IMG/VR virus record: IMGVR_UViG_3300025082_000009 | Span: 1-58,667 of that record | Length of the DNA stretch: 58,667 bases | Direction: 5' to 3' (one strand) | Source: a virus | Taxonomy: Duplodnaviria > Caudoviricetes | Shown: positions 20,348-29,300 of the stretch, one piece after another | How the letters are laid out: the number at the start of each line of letters is the position of its first letter | How positions within the stretch are numbered: the first letter of the stretch is position 1 | Position numbers and translations under genes: made by a program | Notes under the pieces: model-generated | What the model saw: the letters and a program-made list of their open reading frames with translations, nothing else | Told to the model about the DNA's origin: nothing | The model's database searches: none

Positions 20348-20372
20348 CAAGTAGCAAGGAAGGGGTTGCATT

Positions 20373-20984
20373 ATGATTAAAAAGATAAAAAAGCTGATAT
20401 CCAACGAAGAGGCTCAAAAACACCCACCAGCCCCAACACAGAAAAGAGAGCCCGACTTACGCACCATAGGACTATTTGCCGAGGTTTCATCCGAGAAGAT
20501 TGCCGAGGTTAGCCACGCGTTGCTATACCTTAATGAACTCAATCACATGAATGAGGATCCTCGCACTCATCGCCCTATCTTATTTTATATCTCCACTTAT
20601 GGGGGTAATGCTGACGATATGTTTGCGCTGTACGATCTTATGCGCGCCATTCGCAGTGAAACAGAGATACACACGTGTGGGCTCGGAAAGGTTATGTCTG
20701 CTGGAGTTTTGATACTCGCCGCCGGCACAAAAGGAAGCCGCTTTATCGGGAAGAACTGCCGAGTCATGATTCATTCTGTGATGGGCGGTAATGCTGGTAG
20801 CTTGCATGATATGATGAATGAGATGGACGCAATAGAAAATCTTCAACAGATGTACATCAACTGCTTGGTTGCGGAAACAAAATTAACCGAGACTAAGCTT
20901 AAAAAAATGCTGGAACGCAAGGTTAACATCTATTTATCTGCAGAAGAAGCGGTTGAGTATGGTATCGCCGACCACATAATTTAA
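20373..20984 (+). CDS. clpP: ClpP-family protease, copy 2 (catalytic Asp apparently Asn)
   Basis: ISTYGG, GKVMSAG, MIHS, VNIYLSAEEAVEYGIAD. Confidence 0.85.
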   Translation: MIKKIKKLISNEEAQKHPPAPTQKREPDLRTIGLFAEVSSEKIAEVSHALLYLNELNHMNEDPRTHRPILFYISTYGGNADDMFALYDLMRAIRSETEIHTCGLGKVMSAGVLILAAGTKGSRFIGKNCRVMIHSVMGGNAGSLHDMMNEMDAIENLQQMYINCLVAETKLTETKLKKMLERKVNIYLSAEEAVEYGIADHII

Positions 20985-20995
20985 AGAGGACTAAT

Positions 20996-22705
20996 ATGTC
21001 AGACTTACATAAGATTTTACAAGAAGAGTACGAAAAGAAGCTCACTCTTTCCCCTCACCTCTTGATGGAGATGATCGGGGAAATGATGGACGAGATGACC
21101 GCGCATGCTCTGTCCCCCTCTCCAATTGAGGAAGAAGCTTCTAACCAATCAACTCGCACTTATCATGTATCAGAAATTCCCATGATCCCGATTTCAGAAT
21201 TGGGGTGGGCTAATGCTGACGATGACGCCGCCAATGATGACCCGAGTGTACCACCCTCTCAGCGCGCAGGCCTGGAGCAGTATTTAAGAAACATTCCTGG
21301 TACCGGATTTGACGATAAGCTTAATGCAGTTTCTGATATTATGAAGGAAGGGATCAACTCACTTCCTAAAGATAATCCTCGTGAGTTCATCCAGCAGGCC
21401 ATGGCCTTCTTGGTGTTCTATAAGACCCTTACAATGGCAATTACCAACTTCAATGCATCTGCTGCAGGCTTTAACTTTGAAGCTTTCCTGGCAGCATTGA
21501 TGGATGGAAAACAGATCCCAGCCTCTGGCGCCAATACAATTGCTGATATTACAGCAAACGTCGATGGAGAGCGCGTACCAATCAGTCTCAAACTTTATAA
21601 CGATGCCGGACTTGAGGTCGGCGGTAGTTTTGTAGATTTGAGTAACGATATGATCGTGCCTAACCCAGCCTGGGAGGCCTGGGTGGCGTCCAATCCGGAG
21701 TTCGAAGGCGGCGCCATGCGCTATATTGCATGTACAAAGCAGTTATCAGGTGACGGAGTGGAACAAGAAGGGGTTATCAACTTTTATGAGTTTGATATCA
21801 CACGTTCAAATCTCTTTGAACTTCTCTCTAATGCCGGCCAAAAAGGCCAGAAATGCATTCTTTCTAACCGCGCCTTTATGAGCGCCCTTACGCGCTACAT
21901 GGAGACTGGAGAAGAGACTGAAGCACTTGAGTGGGCGGCTAACATTCCAGCCCGAAGCGATACTAGTGATTCGGCAGAGATGTCAACGATGTGGTCGAAC
22001 TGGCTCGACAAAACACCCCTTGAGGGATTGCAAGAATTCGGAGTAGATGATTCTCAAATCGAGGCTATAAAAGATGCGATACTCCGCTTATATATCGATA
22101 CTATCGAGAGAGAACAAAAAGCCCTCCGACTTGGCACACCCTCGCAAATTAAGGGAGCAATACTCTCTGTGATTAATCCTGAACTTAAAACCAGTTCGCG
22201 ACACCCCGAGGTGGAGAAGACAAAACAAATAGCAGCATTGTTTATAGATCTTTTTAATCAATTTAAGAAACAAGAGATAAAATCCCGAGATGCGCGCTCA
22301 AACTTCCTTAATAGCGTTGAGGAGTGGGCGACTGGAAACGAAGTAGTAGAGTGGTACAATGCCCTAACTCCAGAACTGAAGGCTGTTGCCATCAAGAATT
22401 CAAGAGGATATCTATCCAACTCTCACTGGGTGGTCCCACGCGGCGCCACCATTAGACTGGGAGGTGGCGAGCCTTTCGCGATGCTTCAAATTGGCGCCAA
22501 GTATGTGGTACAAGTGTTGGAGACAGCCCGCGGCGAACTGATAGACGAGGTGTTCGGCATCTTTGACGAGATGGCAAAAATGTCAGCCAAGCTAAATTCA
22601 TTCTTTGCAAACGGACTCCAGGCTCCAGAAGAAGCCGAGGCAGGCGCCGAAGCCGGCGAAGCTGCCGCAGAGAAAGCTCGTCACGTTGCTGGCGTAGACG
22701 AATAA
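20996..22705 (+). CDS. Hypothetical 569-aa protein, possibly virion-associated
   Basis: Long ORF, GAGGA SD, N-terminal ILQEE. Confidence 0.7.
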   Translation: MSDLHKILQEEYEKKLTLSPHLLMEMIGEMMDEMTAHALSPSPIEEEASNQSTRTYHVSEIPMIPISELGWANADDDAANDDPSVPPSQRAGLEQYLRNIPGTGFDDKLNAVSDIMKEGINSLPKDNPREFIQQAMAFLVFYKTLTMAITNFNASAAGFNFEAFLAALMDGKQIPASGANTIADITANVDGERVPISLKLYNDAGLEVGGSFVDLSNDMIVPNPAWEAWVASNPEFEGGAMRYIACTKQLSGDGVEQEGVINFYEFDITRSNLFELLSNAGQKGQKCILSNRAFMSALTRYMETGEETEALEWAANIPARSDTSDSAEMSTMWSNWLDKTPLEGLQEFGVDDSQIEAIKDAILRLYIDTIEREQKALRLGTPSQIKGAILSVINPELKTSSRHPEVEKTKQIAALFIDLFNQFKKQEIKSRDARSNFLNSVEEWATGNEVVEWYNALTPELKAVAIKNSRGYLSNSHWVVPRGATIRLGGGEPFAMLQIGAKYVVQVLETARGELIDEVFGIFDEMAKMSAKLNSFFANGLQAPEEAEAGAEAGEAAAEKARHVAGVDE

Positions 22706-22719
22706 ATTAAATAAAGTGC

Positions 22720-22748
22720 TTGACAAATCCCTGTCAGGCGATTATAAT
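22720..22748 (+). promoter_or_regulatory. Perfect sigma70 consensus promoter for groEL
   Basis: TTGACA-17 nt-TATAAT. Confidence 0.85.
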
Positions 22749-22779
22749 AATAATATAACTGCACAACTACGAGGTATTA

Positions 22780-24351
22780 ATGAGCAGAGCTTACGATGAT
22801 AATCAAACTTTACAGCAAAAGATTATCAATGGCGCCAATGTCCTAGCGGACAATGTGGCGTCCACTTTGGGACCAAGAGGCCGAAACGTGTTACTCAAAG
22901 AGAAGGACCAACAGCCCTTCATCACGAAGGACGGTGTAACGGTCGCCTACTTTGTTGCACTAGATGATCCTTTCGAGAATGCTGGTGCTCAAATTATTCG
23001 CCAAGCTGCTATTGAAACTAATAATACTGCCGGCGATGGCACCACCACATCTACGGTGCTTGCCCGGGCTATCTTGCGAGAATCACAGCGATTTATCGCA
23101 TCAGGTGTTTCTCCCATTGAACTACAGCGCGGAATTGACCGCGCTACGCAAGAAGTGGTCGCTAATCTCGAAAAGATGGCGAAGCCCATTACCAGTACGG
23201 AAGATATCGAACACATCGCGACTATCTCTGCCAACAATGATAAAACCATTGGGCACCTCATTGCACTTGCTGTTGATCGAGTCGGACAAGATGGCTCCAT
23301 AACTATTGAAGAGTCACGCTCTCATGATACAACTTTAGATGTTACAGAAGGCTTTAAGATTAATGCAGGTTACTGCGCCGGCGCCTTTATAACAGACGAA
23401 CGACGAGCTACCATGCACCATGACGAGCCTCTGTTTCTTGTAACTGACCACAAGATCAATACTGTTGAACAAGTATTGCCGATCTTGGAAATGATTGCTC
23501 GCGAGAGTCGCCCTCTTATTATTGTGGCTGAAGATATTGACGGACAGGCGCTAGCTGCCATGATTATGAATGCCATGCGCGGAACAATGAAGATCGCCGG
23601 CGTGAAAGCTCCTGCTTATGGTGAAGAACGCCGCCAGACCCTCGCAGACTTGGCCCTTTCTGTGGGAGCGACTTTTATTACTAGAGAAAGTGGACAAAAG
23701 CTATCAGACGTACGGATGACTGACCTAGGATCCGCAAAGTTTGTAGAAGCGTCTAAATTCAGTACCACCGTTGTAGGTGGTGCATGTGACTTTGAGGCGG
23801 TTGAGACGACTATCTCGGCTCTCAAGTCACAGATAGGACAAACAGACGATTTGAAGGTCTGTGAGCGCCTCCAAGATCGCATTGTGCGCCTCTCTTCTGG
23901 CGTAGCTGTTATTAATGTTGGCGGTTCGACAGAAGTAGAGATGACAGAGCGAAAACATAGAATTGAGGACGCCCTAGAAGCGGTACGCTCTGGACAAGAA
24001 CAAGGGATCATCACTGGCGGCGGCGCTGCTTTGCTCCGCGCTGCCAATAGCTTGCCTATTTCAACAGACAATACAGAACAAGACCTCGGCACCAGCGTGG
24101 TAAAGGCTGCCTGCGAGGAGCCTATTCGACAGATGGCGCTTAACGCAGGATTATCACCAGACTTGATGGTTGAAAAGATCAACAATGCCCCAGCAGAGGA
24201 GGGTGTTGATTTTCGAACTGGCGAACTAATTAACATGTTAGAAGCTGGAATTATTGATCCAGTAAAGGTTACACTTACGGCACTCACAAATGCCGCTAGC
24301 TGTGCGGGAACTTTAATCACTACCAATTATGGGATTATACAAGTAGAGTAA
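22780..24351 (+). CDS. groEL: GroEL chaperonin
   Basis: TLGPRGRNV, ITKDGVTVA, AGDGTTT, IEDAL, GIIDPVKV; no GGM tail. Confidence 0.95.
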   Translation: MSRAYDDNQTLQQKIINGANVLADNVASTLGPRGRNVLLKEKDQQPFITKDGVTVAYFVALDDPFENAGAQIIRQAAIETNNTAGDGTTTSTVLARAILRESQRFIASGVSPIELQRGIDRATQEVVANLEKMAKPITSTEDIEHIATISANNDKTIGHLIALAVDRVGQDGSITIEESRSHDTTLDVTEGFKINAGYCAGAFITDERRATMHHDEPLFLVTDHKINTVEQVLPILEMIARESRPLIIVAEDIDGQALAAMIMNAMRGTMKIAGVKAPAYGEERRQTLADLALSVGATFITRESGQKLSDVRMTDLGSAKFVEASKFSTTVVGGACDFEAVETTISALKSQIGQTDDLKVCERLQDRIVRLSSGVAVINVGGSTEVEMTERKHRIEDALEAVRSGQEQGIITGGGAALLRAANSLPISTDNTEQDLGTSVVKAACEEPIRQMALNAGLSPDLMVEKINNAPAEEGVDFRTGELINMLEAGIIDPVKVTLTALTNAASCAGTLITTNYGIIQVE

Positions 24352-24353
24352 TT

Positions 24354-24599
24354 ATGGGCATGAAAATGGGCGACTTATTGCATATTCCACAGGCAGTGAC
24401 CTTGTGGTCTGCAGAAAAAACAACAAAAGGGCTCTCGATGCCTTATATTCAGACTGATAGACCGGTAGTAGCCTTGTATTTAGGGCCTTATCCACGAATG
24501 CTCGGCGCGCAAGACGCGCTAATAACTGTATTACTCAAGGGCCGTGAGCACTTTGTACACTCAAAGGACGTTTATTTATTTAAGGAAGACAAATGTTAG
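24354..24599 (+). CDS. Hypothetical KOW/SH3-like protein
   Basis: MKMGDLLHI start. Confidence 0.5.
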   Translation: MGMKMGDLLHIPQAVTLWSAEKTTKGLSMPYIQTDRPVVALYLGPYPRMLGAQDALITVLLKGREHFVHSKDVYLFKEDKC

Positions 24600-24886
24600 T
24601 AAAATTGACCGAAGTATGTAGCAGAGGTGCTGTCACCTCACAGCAGAACTTTTTGTTGAGAGAAGTATTTATCAACCCCGATCAGGTTGTGATGATCCGC
24701 GAGGATTTCCGTACGCGTGAGCTAAACGAAAGCGGACTTCTTAAAGAAGGATTGAATACAGACCATCGCTTTTCAAAGTTGACAATCAATAGAGGGCAGA
24801 CCGGAACAGAGGTTGTAGTGATCGGGGCCCCGGCTGTCATTGAGGAAGCGTTGCAAAATTTATCTCACAAACTATTGAAAGGATAA
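24593..24886 (+). CDS. Hypothetical protein
   Basis: AAGGAAG SD, overlapping ORF chain. Confidence 0.6.
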   Translation: MLVKLTEVCSRGAVTSQQNFLLREVFINPDQVVMIREDFRTRELNESGLLKEGLNTDHRFSKLTINRGQTGTEVVVIGAPAVIEEALQNLSHKLLKG

Positions 24887-24894
24887 AAGACGAA

Positions 24895-25269
24895 ATGAGC
24901 CAAAGAGTAACCCTGACATATAGTGTAGAGTTGGAACAACTCGAAGCCGAGACTCAACGTCTCTACAATAATGCAACTGATGCCCTAGCGAGTTCATCTG
25001 AACAATCATCAAATAAGTGCGAAATGTTAAGCACAATCACTCTTAGTCAAATTGAAGGCCTTCGCCGCAAACTTGCCTCGGTCGACACAATGTTATCCGA
25101 CATAGGGGAAATCATCCAATCTTATATTGAGTATAAGTTTCAAAAGGACATTCCCGCTATCGCAACGCCCGATATTTCTGCGATAGAGAAAGCGTTATCA
25201 CAAATAAACGACTTAAAAGAGCACACGGCTGATGAATCACACACCCCTCAAGAAGACCTCGCCCCATAA
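24895..25269 (+). CDS. Hypothetical coiled-coil protein
   Basis: ORF chain, helical composition. Confidence 0.55.
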   Translation: MSQRVTLTYSVELEQLEAETQRLYNNATDALASSSEQSSNKCEMLSTITLSQIEGLRRKLASVDTMLSDIGEIIQSYIEYKFQKDIPAIATPDISAIEKALSQINDLKEHTADESHTPQEDLAP

Positions 25270-26002
25270 AAGCATTACCTATTTGAAGACGATCCTGCGT
25301 ACAGATACTCCTGTACACGTGATGCTATTACATGATGGATTTCTTGATGGCGCGCTTATAAAAGACAAACACCACGTATTTAGCCACACTAGTGCTATCA
25401 GCGTGTATAACTTTTGGGACTGTCTCTCGAAAGAGCCCAAGAAGCTCTATGATATGGTGGTGAGCCTAGACGCTACAAGTGCCCGTGAGCCAGAAAAGAG
25501 TTATGGATTTTTTCGAGATAGCTGGAACAAGCGCTCGAACGTCTATATGAGGGCGGCTTTATTTTTTATAGTCTCTATTTCTTCAGAAGATGGTACAATA
25601 TCTTCAGGAAAGATAGAGCAAAATGCTGCCAAGAAATTTTTGTTTGGCAAGCTCCGTGCCTTTCGCCCCAGCGATAGGTGGTTTCCAACTTATCATCACG
25701 AAATGAGCATTATTGAGCAAGTTGAGACAATTCCTCAAACACATCAGATAGTGATTCCTGCCGGCACCTATGATTATGATTTTTTAAGTCCATCAAAAAG
25801 ATATGGTGTGGAACAAACACCTATTATTCACAAGGATTTAAGAGAATTGTTTTACAAGTCTGATAATGTTATATTGACTTATTTTTATCACCCCGAACTT
25901 TTGGAGTTATATGATAGAGAATGTGTGACAATGGTTGACGAAAACGGTAACATAACCACCGACAGCACCCAGTGCAAGGAGCTTGTAATTGCCAAGCTAT
26001 AG
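25232..26002 (+). CDS. Degenerate Dam/D12-class methyltransferase-like protein
   Basis: VYNFW..P.KLY, RAALFF, H.DL.EL, LTY..ELLELY, KELVI; no DPPY or FxGxG. Confidence 0.45.
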   Translation: MNHTPLKKTSPHKSITYLKTILRTDTPVHVMLLHDGFLDGALIKDKHHVFSHTSAISVYNFWDCLSKEPKKLYDMVVSLDATSAREPEKSYGFFRDSWNKRSNVYMRAALFFIVSISSEDGTISSGKIEQNAAKKFLFGKLRAFRPSDRWFPTYHHEMSIIEQVETIPQTHQIVIPAGTYDYDFLSPSKRYGVEQTPIIHKDLRELFYKSDNVILTYFYHPELLELYDRECVTMVDENGNITTDSTQCKELVIAKL

Positions 26003-26339
26003 TGTAATCGCAGGCTTCGGGCTGTTTGTGATGGGGCACATATTAGCGTGGTTTCAGCTAAACTCACAGTTTGTGTGGCAGTGGTGGCAGAAACACCCCA
26101 TCTTCACAGTGGCGTTGTACGCCGTTCCTACGGGGCTTTGCTTCTTAATGGGGTCTAGACTCATTGTGGAAGCAACAGGCGCCCTGTGGACGTCTAGGTT
26201 CCTCGCATTCTCTGCCTCCTATCTTGCGTTCCCGCTCCTTACATGGCACTTCATGGGCGAGACTATGCTAACAACCAAGACAATGGTTTGTGTGCTTCTC
26301 TCTTGCATGATTGTAGCGGTCCAACTCTTTTGGAAGTAA
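25989..26339 (+). CDS. Small 4-TM membrane protein
   Basis: Four hydrophobic segments in 116 aa. Confidence 0.6.
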   Translation: MPSYSVIAGFGLFVMGHILAWFQLNSQFVWQWWQKHPIFTVALYAVPTGLCFLMGSRLIVEATGALWTSRFLAFSASYLAFPLLTWHFMGETMLTTKTMVCVLLSCMIVAVQLFWK

Positions 26340-26379
26340 TGTAAAATAACCAACTATTTATTGTATTGGAGGAAATTTG

Positions 26380-29300
26380 ATGAGTTATTCTACCGACAAA
26401 TGGTTTCGTTATTTGCGTACCGAAGCCTCCCGTTGCACTGTCCAGCCAACTTTTGATCAAGAATCAGAGGAGGTGAATAATAGAGTTGCTGCTTTATTAG
26501 AGCGCACCGAACTCCTCGATGAGATCTCACGCCAAGAAGCAGATAATGTTATGGACTGGTTCGACGACGATTACACCATGCTTTCGTTTGACGATCTGTT
26601 TAAGGGCAAGCTACGCAGAGCGGTACCGCTGCAGTCCGAGGACGCAAAGAAGCTACTGGAAGTGGTTAACCGACTTAAGGCCGAAGGCTGGAAAGTCCCA
26701 GAGAACCCAGAGGATGCCGCCTATCACAAGCGCAAGTTCCCAGTAAAGACTGTCAAGCAAAAAGAACGCCGCAGAGTAGGAGAGCTACCAGCAGGCTTTG
26801 GCGAAGTCAACCCAGAGACAAACCCCGATCCGCGACCCGTGGAGGAGTATGAGGTTGACACGGAGGTTGCCGACTTGCGCCTCACGAAGACTCGCACCAT
26901 CACAATCCCCAAGGGGCCAAGGGCAGGCGAGACTGTTGAGAAGAAAGACGAGACAACAATGTCTCGCGCGATCCTTAAGAATAAAAGCATACCAATAGAA
27001 CTGCAGGATTGGTGGAGAAAGAGGCAGGTCTACTATACTAAAGAAGGACAATGGAAACAGATCGAGCAGTTCTTTAAGGGAGATGTTGACAAAGATGAAC
27101 TAGGCATGATGGCAATCTTGTCTCGCCACCCTCTCGATGTTCTCCGCATGAGCGACATTGACAAAATCAGGTCTTGCCACAGTGAGGGGGCTTCGGAGTT
27201 TCATTGTGCCATCGCCGAAAGCCGCGGCCATGGACCGATTGCCTACCTTGTGTCCCCACAGCAGTATGAAAAGCTTATGGACGGAGATCTTGGAGAAGAT
27301 CCTAGCGTAGAAGAAGACATGGAGTTTAGGAAGAACCTTATAGGTTGGCTCGTAAAAGGTGAGGGAGCTAGTGTTCGATGGACTTTTGAGCCTCCTGACG
27401 AGATCAAACCCTTTTTAAATGAGGATGGAGTCTTCTCTGGAAAGCGATACGCGAGGGAGTATTTCATTCCGAAATACGAAAAGCTTTTCAAAGGCGCCTC
27501 GCCGAAGTACTTCGGTGAACATAACCTAACACCAGAGAATGTATCAGCCGCCCTTGCCGCAATCTTCCGAGCCTCTAACAACGAAGAGCGTAAAGAGATG
27601 ATGCCGCGATTTGGTTATAGCTATTTAACCTCTAAAGAACATGCTGACGATAGGCGCTTTAGAATAACCATGGTGGATAGACTGACTCACAGCGAAAAGT
27701 TTCACCAGTATGGCAAGAAAGACTTTGATAACAAGTGGTCGCAAACCGCACTTGACGGCGGAGAAATAGACTACGAAGAATACGCCAAAGAACACTTCAT
27801 TCCAAAATACTCACACAGTCTGGGGAACATCTCTGGGTTTGGCCCAGAGTGGCTTACTGTGAAGAACGTTGCCGCGGCAGCCGAGGCAGTTCATCGATTC
27901 GGAGACAACTCTATAGCCGCCTCGCCAGAAGATACGATGGATAAATACGGCTACAAGAGACCACCCACTCAACCCGTAGGACTATCGGCTGAATACGCAG
28001 ACTACGAACGAAAGAAGAAAGAGTGGGATCAGAAAGAAGAAGCCACCACTTGGTTGAAACAGTATTATGAGAAGTTTCCCAATGTCGCCGCGCGCATCGC
28101 ATCCAGCAACAGGGCAAAGAAACACGATGATGTCGATCAAGTGATCGATGGCATTCAGGATAGTAATAGTAGCGCCTTCACATCGTTGCCCACATCTGTT
28201 CGCAAGCATCTGAATGACGAATGGTTCATCCGAGCAGCGACAGCAGCAGTTAATAAAGACAACTTCAGTCTCAACGGTTTAAATCTGCAGCCGCCTCAAC
28301 CGCCGAAAGCACCAGAAAAGAAGAAGATTACAGACATCTCTGACTTTGATGATCAAGAGATCTTCAGAGATAAACATCGCGGCATTGAGGGCATCGGCGC
28401 AAGAGCCCGCGTACGATTGCGTAAGTTTGTTGATGATGAAGAGGGCATAGAGTTCACAGTCCCAGAGCAACGCCTCTATGGTTTAAGTGTTCCTGGGTTT
28501 CTTGAGGCCGTGCGTAAATGGACTTGGGATGAGCAGAAAAACTTGTTCACAGGACCAAATGGAGAGGTCACTCTCCCAAATTGGAACGCGCTTACTCGCC
28601 ATGGCGGTAGCTACGAAGACTATAGGGACGGGACAATACTTAATAACTTCTTCGCCGAAGGCGGATTCCCTGATGAGTATAGGGATGGCATCAACGTGTC
28701 TCACGAGTATGATGAAGATGAATACGAAAATCGACAGGAAGAGATTTTTCAAGAGACTGTTGACGAGGTTGAGAGCATAGTTAGAGCATGGAATGGGAGC
28801 TTTGAAGCCTGTGGTCTAGACGCAGAAGTAGAGGAGTTTAACGATTGGGACGATCAGAACATGGAGCCGTCTGTAACGGCTTGGGGCTCATGCCGTCTCT
28901 CTGTTAGACTACCGAATGCAGTATCGGTCAAGCAAGAGTTCCAAGCAGACCTAGGAGACAACAGTGTCCCCTACTTTGTCGTTCGATTCGAAGAGGATTA
29001 CTTTGAAGACGGCACAGCATCCATAGTCTTTCCAGTATCCTATCACTACAAGTCACCCGGCACACGCGACATAGAGGAGATACTCTCTCGCGGTGAGGGA
29101 GAAGAAGAGATCTCATGGGATTTAACAATGATGCAAGGCGAAGTCTATTTCAATGTTGAATACTCTATACCAGCGGATTACGATCATGGCAATGGACCTG
29201 ATGTGGCGGAAAGTCTAGGTCAATGGCTTCATGACGAATGGGACTCCAAGATCGACGAAATACATGAACAGGTTCGCAAAGGACTCATTGAGTTCGAATA

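Noticed and set aside
23616-24326. Long minus-strand ORFs (also 30553-31266, 53324-53902, 3355-3813 and the TKSPTF-containing ORFs in the array)
   Set aside because: Antisense shadows of well-supported + strand genes; TKSPTF is just the reverse complement of the junction repeat.
1-25000. Bacterial chromosome origin for the housekeeping-like genes
   Set aside because: Single-strand gene packing, T4-like helicase, phage-type Dam, endolysin, unlinked groES/groEL and the dense small-ORF region all indicate a phage.
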